Shown: piece by piece, positions 1 to 9,799 of the stretch | Position numbering within the stretch: the stretch's first letter is position 1 | Layout of the letters: each line of letters begins with the position of its first letter | Source: a virus | Lineage: Duplodnaviria > Caudoviricetes | Strand: one strand, 5' to 3' | Length of the DNA: 64,000 nucleotides | IMG/VR virus record: IMGVR_UViG_3300028603_000005 | Location: 1-64,000 of that record | Translations under genes and position numbers: made by a program | The notes under the pieces: model-generated | What the model saw: the letters and a program-made list of their open reading frames with translations, nothing else | Told to the model about the DNA's origin: nothing | The model's database searches: none

Positions 1-140
1 GGTTCTGTTTGAACTTCTGTGTCACCCTCTGCCTTTGTATAAACTTCATCACTGGTATCTGGTTCTGTTTGAACTTCTGTGTCACCCTCTGCCTTTGTAT
101 AAACTTCTTCGCTATTATCTTGTTCTGTTTGAACTTCTGT
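1..140. repeat. 60-bp coding tandem repeat (about 2.3 copies visible) encoding TEVQTEPDTSDEVYTKAEGD
   Basis: Positions 1-47 recur exactly at 61-107, with a partial copy at 123-140; in frame with the spike ORF. Confidence 0.9.
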
Positions 141-674
141 AGATTGGCTTTCTACCATTATTTTAAGCCATGTATTATAACCGCTTTGTGTAGGCGAAAA
201 TTCGCCTACGTGTGTGGTATCAGGAATGTCATCTGGAGTTAAACTTGAGCCACCTGTTACTAACCCTTTGCTGTCATATGTTATCTTAGTCTTAGTTGCT
301 CCAGTAATCGGATTGTTTTTAATGACATATCTATTGTCTGCTTGGTTCCAATCAAACTGACCGTTTAGTTGAACCATAGGCACTTCGTATTTATCATAGC
401 TATTAACTACACCTAAATAAATAGGTTTAGATAAGTTGTTATCTTCAAAAATAACTACTACTTTATTTACGCTCTCTATTTGAGATAGTAATTCATCTTG
501 TTTTACTAGACTCCCTGGGAGCATTACTGGTCTTGCTATTGGTAATTTATCATCTGGAACACCTTTATTACCACTAAGTCCATGAATAGAAGGTACTCTA
601 ATACGAAGTTCTAATGTAGGGATATCATTTACTTTAATTATTTCAACTACTGTTGCTATATATACTTGTGTCAT
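3..674 (-). CDS. Baseplate spike / gp5-like protein, N-terminal part (runs off the window edge; not in the ORF track)
   Basis: Manual translation from ATG at 674: MTQVYIATVVEIIKVNDIPTLELRIRVPSIHG...VVVIFEDNNLSKPIYLG, resembling a gp5/gpV OB-fold. Frame stays open to position 3 and follows the baseplate hub gene. Confidence 0.65.
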   Translation of the reverse strand, partial: MTQVYIATVVEIIKVNDIPTLELRIRVPSIHGLSGNKGVPDDKLPIARPVMLPGSLVKQDELLSQIESVNKVVVIFEDNNLSKPIYLGVVNSYDKYEVPMVQLNGQFDWNQADNRYVIKNNPITGATKTKITYDSKGLVTGGSSLTPDDIPDTTHVGEFSPTQSGYNTWLKIMVESQSTEVQTEQDNSEEVYTKAEGDTEVQTEPDTSDEVYTKAEGDTEVQTE

Positions 675-683
675 TTATATCAC

Positions 684-2012
684 CTAATTAATTACATGTT
701 CTTTATACGCTTTAGTAAAGCCTCTTAATGTGTTTTTAACTTTACCTCCACTAGAAGTAGTGAAGTTAATTGATTCTCTAACTAGTTTTAAAGTTGTTGT
801 ATATCCAGAAAGATTAATATCTTCAGTTATTTTAATTATTCTCCAAAGTTGACTATAAGTATTAGATGAGATAAAGTTTAGTGTGCCATCTTGGTTAAAG
901 ACTTTAAGTTCTATTAAGTCCCCAGAGTTTAGTTTAGGATTACCTACTACTGTTAAAGTAGAAGTAGTAATACTTTGAATAATCCTATCTACTTCTTTTA
1001 AGATTATTTCTTCTAAGGTTAAGTTATCTGATTTAACATCAGGAGATATTTCCCACCTGAACTTTAGTTGGTCTGGTAAGACTAAAGGGATATTATACTT
1101 AGTTAAAGTATCTTCAATTTCTTTAACCTTACTATTGATAAACTTATCTAAGACTTCTTCTTTATCCTCATCTTTAAGAATTGAAAGTTCTGGTAAGTCA
1201 TTAGGTAGTTTAATGTTTACTCCGTTAAGTAAGAAAGACACATCTATCTCCCCTGTAAAGTCTAAGACTTTGTCTGAGTAAGCATCCCCTACTGAATATC
1301 TCCAAACCTTTCTTTCTACTAATCCTTTCGTAGGAAGTATCCTTAATTGTAAAGTAGTTCCATTATAAGAAAAGATAGATTTAAAGACTGAAGATTTACC
1401 TGTGATTACATAATCTGAAGTTGCTGTGTTGATTAAAGGCACTATTTCATTTTTAATAAAGTCTACATCAAAGTCGTTAGCTTTCTTATAGACATCTCCA
1501 CTTAATTTTAAGTTATCATCAAACTCTAAATACTCTGCGTTATAACCTATGTCCCAACCATTGTTTGCAGCGAAGCTTTTAATAATATCTTTTACTTTAG
1601 TCCCTACTGGAAAAAAGACTGCTGGAGATTTCTCTCTTATATATGTAGCCACTGCTCCAATAGAGATAGTAGAGCCACGATTAGTCCACCTATTTTTAAC
1701 ATTTACAATCGTTAATTCATAAGTGTGCGACATATTTGTTTCTTCTTCAGAGTTTCCTCCGAAGCCGTATTTGAATCTTACTTTGTTTTGCTTTGCTCTT
1801 TGTTCATCAACACTTCTACCTAAAAGTTGTGGTAATAGTTTAGAGCCTGAAGTATCAAACATTACAATGTCTATTAAAGGCACTGCTTGACTTGTTTCAT
1901 CGTACTCATCACTTAGGTATCTATCAAAGGAAGCACTAATAAGACCCATCTCATTTAAGTCTATAGATTTACCTTCTTTAAGACTAATTATAAAGTTAAC
2001 TGTTTGAGCCAA
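684..2012 (-). CDS. Baseplate hub / tail protein (gp27 or late-control-D-like)
   Basis: C-terminal LTVVGNPKLNSGDLIEL...WRIIKITEDINLSGYTTTLKL pattern; lies between tube-initiator genes and the spike. Confidence 0.6.
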   Translation of the reverse strand: MAQTVNFIISLKEGKSIDLNEMGLISASFDRYLSDEYDETSQAVPLIDIVMFDTSGSKLLPQLLGRSVDEQRAKQNKVRFKYGFGGNSEEETNMSHTYELTIVNVKNRWTNRGSTISIGAVATYIREKSPAVFFPVGTKVKDIIKSFAANNGWDIGYNAEYLEFDDNLKLSGDVYKKANDFDVDFIKNEIVPLINTATSDYVITGKSSVFKSIFSYNGTTLQLRILPTKGLVERKVWRYSVGDAYSDKVLDFTGEIDVSFLLNGVNIKLPNDLPELSILKDEDKEEVLDKFINSKVKEIEDTLTKYNIPLVLPDQLKFRWEISPDVKSDNLTLEEIILKEVDRIIQSITTSTLTVVGNPKLNSGDLIELKVFNQDGTLNFISSNTYSQLWRIIKITEDINLSGYTTTLKLVRESINFTTSSGGKVKNTLRGFTKAYKEHVIN

Positions 2013-3051
2013 ATTCTAACACCCCCTGTGAAGCTGTTCTAAGAACATCTAAGATATTTTCTAAGGAATCAATAATGTTTTGGATTTCCCCCTCTACTAA
2101 TTCTTCATTCAATTTCTTAGCATAGTAATCTTCTACATACTTCCTAATCTTTTCTTTAGCGTTTCTATCTTTTAATAATTTTAAATCTTTTTCAGTTATT
2201 TTACTAATATCTTTATCTATGAAAGATACTAAAAAGGCTAACTCAGTGTTTATTCGTTTAGTTGAATCTAATACTATAAAACTGTCTCTAATATCTTTAA
2301 GTTGTTCTTGTGCTCTATTGAAAGCTTTAGTAGAAGCACCGACTATTACATTTTTATATTCTTTATCTGAGACATCTAATAAGTTAGGTGTAGTTATTCC
2401 ATAAGTATTAATGATGTTACCAAAGCGTTCTTGGTAACTATCATAGTCTCTATAACTAATTGCCATTGAGCTAAGTATAGTATATTCTCCACCTTCATAA
2501 AGAACTTTTTTAGTGGTTGTGATTGCAGGTGAAAACTTACTCTCTAAAACGAAGTTGAAAGTAACTTCAGCTAAAATATACTTACCGTTTCTTAAAGGCT
2601 TCTTCCAAGTAACTTCTGTGTTAAGAATTCCTTTACCAGATATCTCACCTAAAATAAGAGTTACTTTGTTGTAGACTTGAAAGCCATCATTGTCTGTATA
2701 CGGATAAGATAAAGATTTTAATTTATCTACAAACTCTTCTAATGATTTATATTTACCTTTTTGATATTTAATTACTTCATCTTCGTGAAGTGTTAATGAA
2801 AAGCTGTATGTTTCTTCAGAACCACCTGAGTATAAGTAAATAGGAGATAATCTACCTAATGTTGATTGAGCAGTAAAGTTAGGAGTATAACTATAAGATA
2901 GTACTTGTGGTATTAAATCTATAATTATTTCTTCTACTGCGTTTTTAGTATCTCTACTTAGATAAAGTTGAAATTTACCTATATCAGTTTGAGTTCCAGC
3001 TCCTGTACCATTTTCTATAAACTCTTCACCAACAATTCTCTTTATAGCCAT
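1996..3051 (-). CDS. Baseplate/tube-initiator-like protein, paralog of 3061-4176
   Basis: IPQVLSYSY...LGRLSPIYLYSGG.E.YSFSLTLHED motif shared with the neighbouring gene; tail module context. Confidence 0.55.
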   Translation of the reverse strand: MAIKRIVGEEFIENGTGAGTQTDIGKFQLYLSRDTKNAVEEIIIDLIPQVLSYSYTPNFTAQSTLGRLSPIYLYSGGSEETYSFSLTLHEDEVIKYQKGKYKSLEEFVDKLKSLSYPYTDNDGFQVYNKVTLILGEISGKGILNTEVTWKKPLRNGKYILAEVTFNFVLESKFSPAITTTKKVLYEGGEYTILSSMAISYRDYDSYQERFGNIINTYGITTPNLLDVSDKEYKNVIVGASTKAFNRAQEQLKDIRDSFIVLDSTKRINTELAFLVSFIDKDISKITEKDLKLLKDRNAKEKIRKYVEDYYAKKLNEELVEGEIQNIIDSLENILDVLRTASQGVLEFGSNS

Positions 3052-3060
3052 TTATCTCAC

Positions 3061-4176
3061 CTACCTTGTTGCTGAGTACATGCTTTCTAATTCTTTTAAA
3101 TACCTATCTATTTCATCTAATAATATGTTGTGTGCATCAACAAAAGCTTTTTCATTTACAAAACCTCTGCTAATCCATGCACCATCTACCTCTTCATGGT
3201 ATTTTCGTAAGTTATCTTGAATATCTTTTTTAAGCTTTTGTAAAGATTTTGTTAAACTATAAAAGTTATTACTATACTGAGCTTCTTCTAAAAGTCTACC
3301 AAAGTCTATAGTATATCTTAAGATTTTTATTTCATCTACTCTATATAAACCTTTTCTACTTTCTAATATGTTAAAAACATAATCATCATATAAAAGGTTT
3401 TCATAAGCATCCAAATCAAGTTTTTCATACTCTTTAATATAGTCTGAAATATAGCTCTTCAAAAAACTCATCATTTTTTCATCTTTTTGAACCCAAGTTT
3501 TATAGTAGTTTACATCAACCTTTTCCTCTAAGAAGTTAAGTATATTATCATCTATAAAATATCCACTTAAGTATTTATTGTCTTTTATAATATCTACAAA
3601 GATATTTTCTCTTTGTGAGTAGTCAAATTCTTCATGATATGTAAAATGAAAACTTACTGAGATATAAATATACCTCCCATCTCTGTAAGGAGTTTTAAGA
3701 CCTATACCTGTACTTAAATGCCCTTTACCCGCAAATTGGTTTGCTAATTGTAGATATACAGAAGGCTCTTGTAATGCACTGTGTTGATTAGTAAATGAAG
3801 GTTTTGCTAAGTTTTGTAGTTCTTCTACTAACTTATAAATGTTCTTTTCTTTCTGAGCATCTTCATGAATATCTATAGAAAATGTTATTTCTTTAGCTTC
3901 ACCACCAGTGTAATATTGAATAGGTCTAATGATACCAAAAGGACTTATATTTGTAATTCTACTCTTGTATGAAGCTGAAACAGTTTCTGGTAAAATGTCT
4001 AATTCTATATACTTATTTGTGTTTAAGTTATAGAGAATTAAAATGTCTTCTTTATCTATTTTTAGTGTAGTTGGTTTATGTTCTACTTGATAATATGTTT
4101 CAGGTTTTTGTTTGAGAGGTTGTGTTCCACCGCTACCACCAAGATTTTCTATTGTAATGTTATCTTTGATTGCCAT
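3061..4176 (-). CDS. Baseplate/tube-initiator-like protein
   Basis: LPETVSASY...FGIIRPIQYYTGGEAKEITFSIDIHED; directly downstream of the tape measure gene. Confidence 0.55.
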   Translation of the reverse strand: MAIKDNITIENLGGSGGTQPLKQKPETYYQVEHKPTTLKIDKEDILILYNLNTNKYIELDILPETVSASYKSRITNISPFGIIRPIQYYTGGEAKEITFSIDIHEDAQKEKNIYKLVEELQNLAKPSFTNQHSALQEPSVYLQLANQFAGKGHLSTGIGLKTPYRDGRYIYISVSFHFTYHEEFDYSQRENIFVDIIKDNKYLSGYFIDDNILNFLEEKVDVNYYKTWVQKDEKMMSFLKSYISDYIKEYEKLDLDAYENLLYDDYVFNILESRKGLYRVDEIKILRYTIDFGRLLEEAQYSNNFYSLTKSLQKLKKDIQDNLRKYHEEVDGAWISRGFVNEKAFVDAHNILLDEIDRYLKELESMYSATR

Positions 4177-4184
4177 CTAATCAC

Positions 4185-6230
4185 CTACTTACCTAGATTA
4201 GTTTGTAGTTTATCTTTAGTTGAACCTGTCTTATAAAACTCTAAGGTAGAAGTTAAGTTTATATGGGCTTGAGTAGAACCGCTTATTGCGTTTTCTAAAG
4301 CTCTTGTTTGAGCATTGATAGCATCTACTACAGGGTCACCTGAACTAATTATTTCTCCTGAAGCTCTACGCCTTGCTCTGTCATCTAATTCTAACTGCCA
4401 CATAGCTTTATCTCTTTGCTCAGAAGCTTCAAAAGATTTAATTAAACCATAACCTAATCCAGCTATAGCTCCTACAACAGCTCCTGGAGCGTTTCCTATC
4501 ATACCTCCAGCTAAGGCTCCACCACCTATACCAGATAAAAGGTTTATACCCCATCCACCAACGTTATCACCAACGTTATTACCAACGTTACTTGATATCA
4601 TTTCAGAACCTATTTGGTTTCCACCGTAGGCTATTAATCCACCAGCTAATGCTCCACCAAGTCTTTGAGCTCCACTTAACTTACTTGTTGGCCAAATAGT
4701 AGTGACTGCTAGATTTTCTGAAGCACCGCCTAAAGCAGTACCCATCCCTCTAGTAGCACCTATACTAAACAACCCACCTAGAGAACCTAAACCTTTACCA
4801 CCAGTTAGTTGTTGTAATAACCACAGACTTTTTAGTATCTCTACACCAGATTGTAACCAATCAGTGACACCATATAAACCAAACTCATTAGCAAACTTAC
4901 CTAAAGTTTCTGATACTGATGAATTACCCCACCATCTATCAAACCTTTCTACAAGTGTTTGCTTTAATTTTTTGAGTTCACCTAACATCGAGTTGTTAGT
5001 ATTTAATAGTCTGTCTTGAACTGCTTCGTCATAAGTGTCAAAGTTTTCACCACGATTTAAGATTTCAATTAAATCATTTTGTGAAAAACCAAAACCACTT
5101 TGAATCATTCTCATATATTCATTTCTTAATAAAGGGTTATCTTCCATACCAGAAAGTGTTGAGTAGATTGAACTAACTAAGTTTTTAGTTGCATCATACT
5201 GACCTCCTGGAGAGGACATTAAGTTTAAGAACTCTCTTGTATCAAATCCTTGAAGCACTGCTCCTGATTGATAGATTGGAATTAGTTCTTCTGCTGTTCC
5301 AAAAGAAGCAGTAGTTATTAATTGATTTAAAAAGCCTAAACTTGTAACACCCATTTGTGAAGATAGAGCAGCAGCTTGCATTAGTGATTCATTCGCTCTT
5401 AGTTGAGCTTCCATATTACTTCTAGCCATGAAGGTGTTTACACTCATTGATTCAGCTACAACTCCTTGTAGCATACCTACAGTCATTCCAAACGAATCAC
5501 TGAAAGCGTTAAGTCTATTACCTAATCTAGTAATAAAGGTATCAGTTTGACTTCCAAACTGAGTGTAAGAAGTTTGGAGAGCTTGAATTAGTCTTGCGTC
5601 TAATCCACCTAATGTTTGTTGAAGTAATCTCATAGAGCCAGAAATATCTGTTAAGGTACTTATGTCTACGTTTCTCCAACCTTCAGTCAGTAATTTGTTT
5701 TGGACTTCTATTAAGTCTTTAGCAGTTACTAATGATTGACCAAACTCTTGGTTCATTCTACGAGCTGCTTGGTAAGACTCTTCATATAATCTAGAGAATT
5801 GTCTCCAAGTTAAATTACCTTCTGTTTGTATATTATGTGAGATTTCAAAAATCTCTTTGTTTTGTTTAATTATTCCATCAAAGATTTTGTGGATTGCTTT
5901 TAAAGATTTTTCCCAACTCTCAGTTTGTTTGTTAATACTGTTTTGAGTACTATCAAGCATTTTAAGGGCTTTGTTAATGTTTGGTGCTTCCTTATTGTTG
6001 ATTTGTTTAAAAGCTTCTTGTTGGGCTTCTAAATGCTTTCTAATTTCATTTAAGATAGCTTCTCTGTCAGCCTCAGTCTTCTTAAGCTTCTCCAATACCT
6101 TTAGTGACTTAGTTAAACTATCATAATTACCACTCAAAACATCTGCTTGAATGTCTTCAATCTTCTGGAATTGTTTGTTTAAGATATTAAGTTCTTTAGC
6201 CGTTTTAATTATATCTCTTTTAATTGCCAT
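4185..6230 (-). CDS. Tape measure protein
   Basis: 681 aa, helical/coiled N-terminus, Gly/Ala-rich hydrophobic C-terminal part; downstream of tube and chaperone genes. Confidence 0.75.
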   Translation of the reverse strand: MAIKRDIIKTAKELNILNKQFQKIEDIQADVLSGNYDSLTKSLKVLEKLKKTEADREAILNEIRKHLEAQQEAFKQINNKEAPNINKALKMLDSTQNSINKQTESWEKSLKAIHKIFDGIIKQNKEIFEISHNIQTEGNLTWRQFSRLYEESYQAARRMNQEFGQSLVTAKDLIEVQNKLLTEGWRNVDISTLTDISGSMRLLQQTLGGLDARLIQALQTSYTQFGSQTDTFITRLGNRLNAFSDSFGMTVGMLQGVVAESMSVNTFMARSNMEAQLRANESLMQAAALSSQMGVTSLGFLNQLITTASFGTAEELIPIYQSGAVLQGFDTREFLNLMSSPGGQYDATKNLVSSIYSTLSGMEDNPLLRNEYMRMIQSGFGFSQNDLIEILNRGENFDTYDEAVQDRLLNTNNSMLGELKKLKQTLVERFDRWWGNSSVSETLGKFANEFGLYGVTDWLQSGVEILKSLWLLQQLTGGKGLGSLGGLFSIGATRGMGTALGGASENLAVTTIWPTSKLSGAQRLGGALAGGLIAYGGNQIGSEMISSNVGNNVGDNVGGWGINLLSGIGGGALAGGMIGNAPGAVVGAIAGLGYGLIKSFEASEQRDKAMWQLELDDRARRRASGEIISSGDPVVDAINAQTRALENAISGSTQAHINLTSTLEFYKTGSTKDKLQTNLGK

Positions 6231-6236
6231 AAGTCA

Positions 6237-6509
6237 CTACCCCTTATTCATACTTTCTTGTTCTGCTATTAATTGTTTTTTTAACATATCAAACCAAGAC
6301 TCTAACTCATAAGGTGTCATATTATCTACATCTTCCTTAGACAACTTGCCGTGATAAACTAATTGAAATTGGAGCTGTTTTAATTGCTCTATCTCATGAT
6401 ACCTTATTTCATAAAATCTTTGAAGTTCTTCTTCAGAGAAATTATCTATATAATCAAAACCGTGTTTATACAGACTTATTAGCGTTACGAAAGAAGTCGG
6501 CAGATATGC
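6237..6509 (-). CDS. Start-less ORF in the +1 frame of the gp26-like gene; gp51-like tail assembly chaperone domain
   Basis: Open from 6509 to TAG at 6237-6239: ...ISLYKHGFDYIDNFSEEELQRFYEIRYHEIEQLKQLQFQLVYHGKLSKEDVDNMTPYELESWFDMLKKQLIAEQESMNKG. No ATG/GTG/TTG in its 5' half. Confidence 0.6.
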   Translation of the reverse strand, partial: AYLPTSFVTLISLYKHGFDYIDNFSEEELQRFYEIRYHEIEQLKQLQFQLVYHGKLSKEDVDNMTPYELESWFDMLKKQLIAEQESMNKG

Positions 6510-7176
6510 CTACACCTCCCTGTATCACATTGGAACAAGATTTACATTCTACATTAAAGTTAGTATTTAGACCAAATCTAACATTAACAAATTCTACTAT
6601 GTCCATAAAAAGAGAACCTTGTAAATCTCCTAAGTAATCTACCTTTTCTCTCATAGTTCTATAGTGCTTTTTATCATCTTTTATATACTCTACTTTAAGA
6701 GCTTGTAAGATTAAGAAAGAGTCTCTTTCAGGGATACTATACTTCTCTTGAAAGTATTTAGCTTCTAAGTAATCTTCAGCTACAGGTATCTTTCTCTTTA
6801 CTTCAATATCAGTATCTTTTAATTTAAGAATAGAACTTTCTTCTTTAATATCTAAGTAGTCTATCTTGAAGTCATCATAATTAACTTCATAGTCGTGTAT
6901 CTCTCCACAAATAGGACACCTTAATACTTGTCTTAATTCTTTACCGAAAGTTAAAACTCTGGTAGTGTGTAAGATAAATAACTTATCTTCATCTGCCATA
7001 ATTCTTAAATCTATTTTAGGTTCTATTACGCCCTTAATTATTTCTTCAATAGAAGCATCGCTAAGAGATGAGTAAGCAGTAGAAAGTTCTCTACCTGTCA
7101 TACTTCTAATTGATACTTCATCTTGATATCCTAGCAAACCATTACTAGGCAACTTATACTTGTTTATATTTAACAT
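6466..7176 (-). CDS. T4 gp26-like baseplate hub assembly chaperone
   Basis: YKLPSNG..Y...VSIRSMTGRE, CPICG and CKSC zinc motifs, C-terminal DFF. Confidence 0.7.
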   Translation of the reverse strand: MLNINKYKLPSNGLLGYQDEVSIRSMTGRELSTAYSSLSDASIEEIIKGVIEPKIDLRIMADEDKLFILHTTRVLTFGKELRQVLRCPICGEIHDYEVNYDDFKIDYLDIKEESSILKLKDTDIEVKRKIPVAEDYLEAKYFQEKYSIPERDSFLILQALKVEYIKDDKKHYRTMREKVDYLGDLQGSLFMDIVEFVNVRFGLNTNFNVECKSCSNVIQGGVGISADFFRNANKSV

Positions 7177-7187
7177 TTACTTCTCCT

Positions 7188-7604
7188 TTAAACTTGTATT
7201 ATATATTCTACTATCCAATCTAAATAATCTTCATAAACATCATATAAAACATTGTCTTTAACTACTGTTATGTGATAGAGTTTTTCTGTTGGATGATTAC
7301 AGGCTACAATAACTGTTCCTTCTACATCTAATTGACCTAAGGTAACATCTTCACCATTTTCATCTCCTATATATTCAAAATCTGCGTTCCAAAGAACATC
7401 AGCGACTTTCTCTATTGAATCATCGTGTATTCCTACACCTTGTGTATTTCTAAATTGTCCATCTTCAGGAACAATACTTCTTATTAAAGCATAAGCTTCA
7501 TCAAAACTTATATTCTCTATAAAACTAACCACACCTACAAAACAAGTGTGTACAGGGTTTTCTATAACACTTTGGTAAAATGGTTCAAAGTATTGAAATT
7601 TCAT
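7188..7604 (-). CDS. Hypothetical protein (possible papain-like Cys/His fold)
   Basis: TCFVG...HITVVKDNVLYD; RBS present. Confidence 0.4.
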   Translation of the reverse strand: MKFQYFEPFYQSVIENPVHTCFVGVVSFIENISFDEAYALIRSIVPEDGQFRNTQGVGIHDDSIEKVADVLWNADFEYIGDENGEDVTLGQLDVEGTVIVACNHPTEKLYHITVVKDNVLYDVYEDYLDWIVEYIIQV

Positions 7605-7628
7605 CTTAGTTCTCCTTAAAATAAAATT

Positions 7629-7656
7629 GGGGACTATCTAATTTATAGAAGTCCCC
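7629..7656 (-). terminator. GC-rich hairpin downstream of the tail tube gene
   Basis: GGGGACT/AGTCCCC stem followed by T-rich sequence on the minus strand. Confidence 0.55.
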
Positions 7657-7679
7657 GAGCTACGAGTTTTATTTAGTTT

Positions 7680-8201
7680 TTATTCTGTAGGTTTGATTGG
7701 TGAAGGGTCAATTTGTAGAGTTAGTGCAATCTCTTTTAAAGCACCTTCAGCAGCGTTTAGACTGCCTGGGTCAAAGTCTGAAATCCAAATACCCTTAATT
7801 TGCCATACTCTTTCGTTTTTACCATCTTGAGTATACTCAGTGATATAACCTGTTTTCTTATAATCTTCAGCAAAGCCTATTTGTCCTGTTTCAGTATCAT
7901 AAGTATTGTTGAACCATTCAATTACTTTATTAAGTTCTTTTGTAGATACTACATCAAGAATTGTAATTTGTCCACCTTGCCAAGAAGCTACACCAGCTAA
8001 CTTAATAGCATCGTTCCCTCTTCTTACTTCTAATGGTTGTAGAGATACTTTAGGTAAGAACGCTCTTTGAACAATTAAGTCTAAATTATTGTTATCTGTT
8101 ATATCATTAATAGTAACAACGAAGTTATTAGTTCTACGGACATCACCTAAGTTTCCAACTAGTCCTCTTGTTGAATTGTATAGTTTAGTTTGGTCAGCCA
8201 T
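7680..8201 (-). CDS. Tail tube protein (T4 gp19-like)
   Basis: RRTNNFVV, EVRRGN..IKLAG..SW, YKKTGYITEY..DG...RVWQIKGIWISD; immediately after the sheath gene. Confidence 0.85.
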   Translation of the reverse strand: MADQTKLYNSTRGLVGNLGDVRRTNNFVVTINDITDNNNLDLIVQRAFLPKVSLQPLEVRRGNDAIKLAGVASWQGGQITILDVVSTKELNKVIEWFNNTYDTETGQIGFAEDYKKTGYITEYTQDGKNERVWQIKGIWISDFDPGSLNAAEGALKEIALTLQIDPSPIKPTE

Positions 8202-9358
8202 TATTCAGCACCTCCTGCGTCTAATTCTACTGATACACCTTGTTCTTCAATAACATTAACATTAATGATAATTGCTTCTGCTAAAGGTGTTGGTTTATAT
8301 TCAACTAATGCTCTTAGAATCCCTTCTCGTAATTCTTCTTGAGTAGTTACTTCATCACCAACAAGTATGTTAGCAGGTTCCCCGATACCACCAACATCAT
8401 ACATAGAATCAAATAGTTTTACTAAGTCTAATTTTAAGTGCTTCCAAGTAATTGAATTGTTAGGTTTATATTCATACTTAGCAGCTATTCTTCCTACAAC
8501 ATCTTTTAACCACAAGGCTTGTGTTGCATTATTGCTTCTTTTAAAAACACCATCTCCAGCAGCTCTTGTGTTTTGAGTTACAAAGACTACTCCAACACCG
8601 TATCTGTATAATAATACATTAATGCCCGATTCTTGGAGTTCTTCTTTTAATTTAGTTGATACTGATACTTTAACAGAAGTTGCTTCTGGAATAACACCAT
8701 TCTCATAACCAGCTACTGGTATCCAAGGAGTTTTTTCCTCAAGTAGTCTAGCCTTTCTTCCAGCAAGAATTGTGGAAGCTGGTACTCCTGAATAGCCAAC
8801 ACTTCCTTTAATATCTTCTACTACAAGACTTGGGAAGTCTATCATAGCACCATTGAAGCAGTACTCAAGATTGTGCGTATACTTACTTCCTAAATCAAGA
8901 GGGACTGTTCCAGAGTTTAAAGCTACATCTAAATAAAGTCTTACATCCAACCCTAAGTCATTATCTCCACCTGTTGATACAATCCCTGTTAAATTGTCTT
9001 GTGTAGATGAAGAACTGATTAGTTGATTTGGTGCGATAACTTGTTTATAGTTATAAAACTCAACATCATTTATAACTGCTCCATCATTTTTTAAATCAAA
9101 TGTTCCATCTATTGGAGCGTATACTAATAGAGGAACACCGATACTTAATAGATACTCTGCTGAATAGAGTTCTACTTTACCAGACACATCACTTGCTGTA
9201 TAAGTCTCATGTAGTTGGTTTAATGAAGTTACTCTTACAGGAACACCTTTGTCATCATTCTCTTTAGCGACAGCATCTTTCAGAATAACTAAAGTTAGGC
9301 CTTCCTCTCTAAAAGGAACTATTCTTTTTGTTTTGTTTACAATAACATTTATTGCCAT
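8201..9358 (-). CDS. Tail sheath protein (compact, 385 aa)
   Basis: PWIPVAGYENGVI...GINVL...YEYKPNNSITW...EGILRALVEYKPTPLAEAIIIN, a sheath C-terminal domain pattern. Confidence 0.8.
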   Translation of the reverse strand: MAINVIVNKTKRIVPFREEGLTLVILKDAVAKENDDKGVPVRVTSLNQLHETYTASDVSGKVELYSAEYLLSIGVPLLVYAPIDGTFDLKNDGAVINDVEFYNYKQVIAPNQLISSSSTQDNLTGIVSTGGDNDLGLDVRLYLDVALNSGTVPLDLGSKYTHNLEYCFNGAMIDFPSLVVEDIKGSVGYSGVPASTILAGRKARLLEEKTPWIPVAGYENGVIPEATSVKVSVSTKLKEELQESGINVLLYRYGVGVVFVTQNTRAAGDGVFKRSNNATQALWLKDVVGRIAAKYEYKPNNSITWKHLKLDLVKLFDSMYDVGGIGEPANILVGDEVTTQEELREGILRALVEYKPTPLAEAIIINVNVIEEQGVSVELDAGGAE

Positions 9359-9372
9359 AATTTAATCTCTCC

Positions 9373-9771
9373 TTATTTCTCTTTAGTGTATAAGTTCTTA
9401 AGTCCAACAACTCCGTGTGTTTTAAGAATCTTACCAGCATTTCTTTCTAACTTTTTACCTGTTACAATGTCTAAGTTGGTCATTATGAAGAAGGCTTTTA
9501 AGAACTCTTCATCTCTTCTGTTCAAAGCTTCTGACAAAAAGGGATACTCTTTGGCATGTGCTTCAGCAAGTTTTGTCCAGTTAACACCTTTCTTAGACTC
9601 TTTAATTAAAGACTTATTTATAGCTCTGTTATACTTAGTGTTATAGTAATGGTTAACTACATTTGAAAAACCATTTAAGTAAGCTTCTATGATATAGTCT
9701 GGAGCTTTCCTCTTAGTTAGTCTGTTAACAGATTCTATATATTTCTTTCTATCAAAAATTTTTAATTTCAT
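9373..9771 (-). CDS. Hypothetical virion-module protein
   Basis: ORF with RBS in the structural operon. Confidence 0.5.
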   Translation of the reverse strand: MKLKIFDRKKYIESVNRLTKRKAPDYIIEAYLNGFSNVVNHYYNTKYNRAINKSLIKESKKGVNWTKLAEAHAKEYPFLSEALNRRDEEFLKAFFIMTNLDIVTGKKLERNAGKILKTHGVVGLKNLYTKEK

Positions 9772-9799
9772 ACATTACTACTCCTTCTGGTTATTCTCA

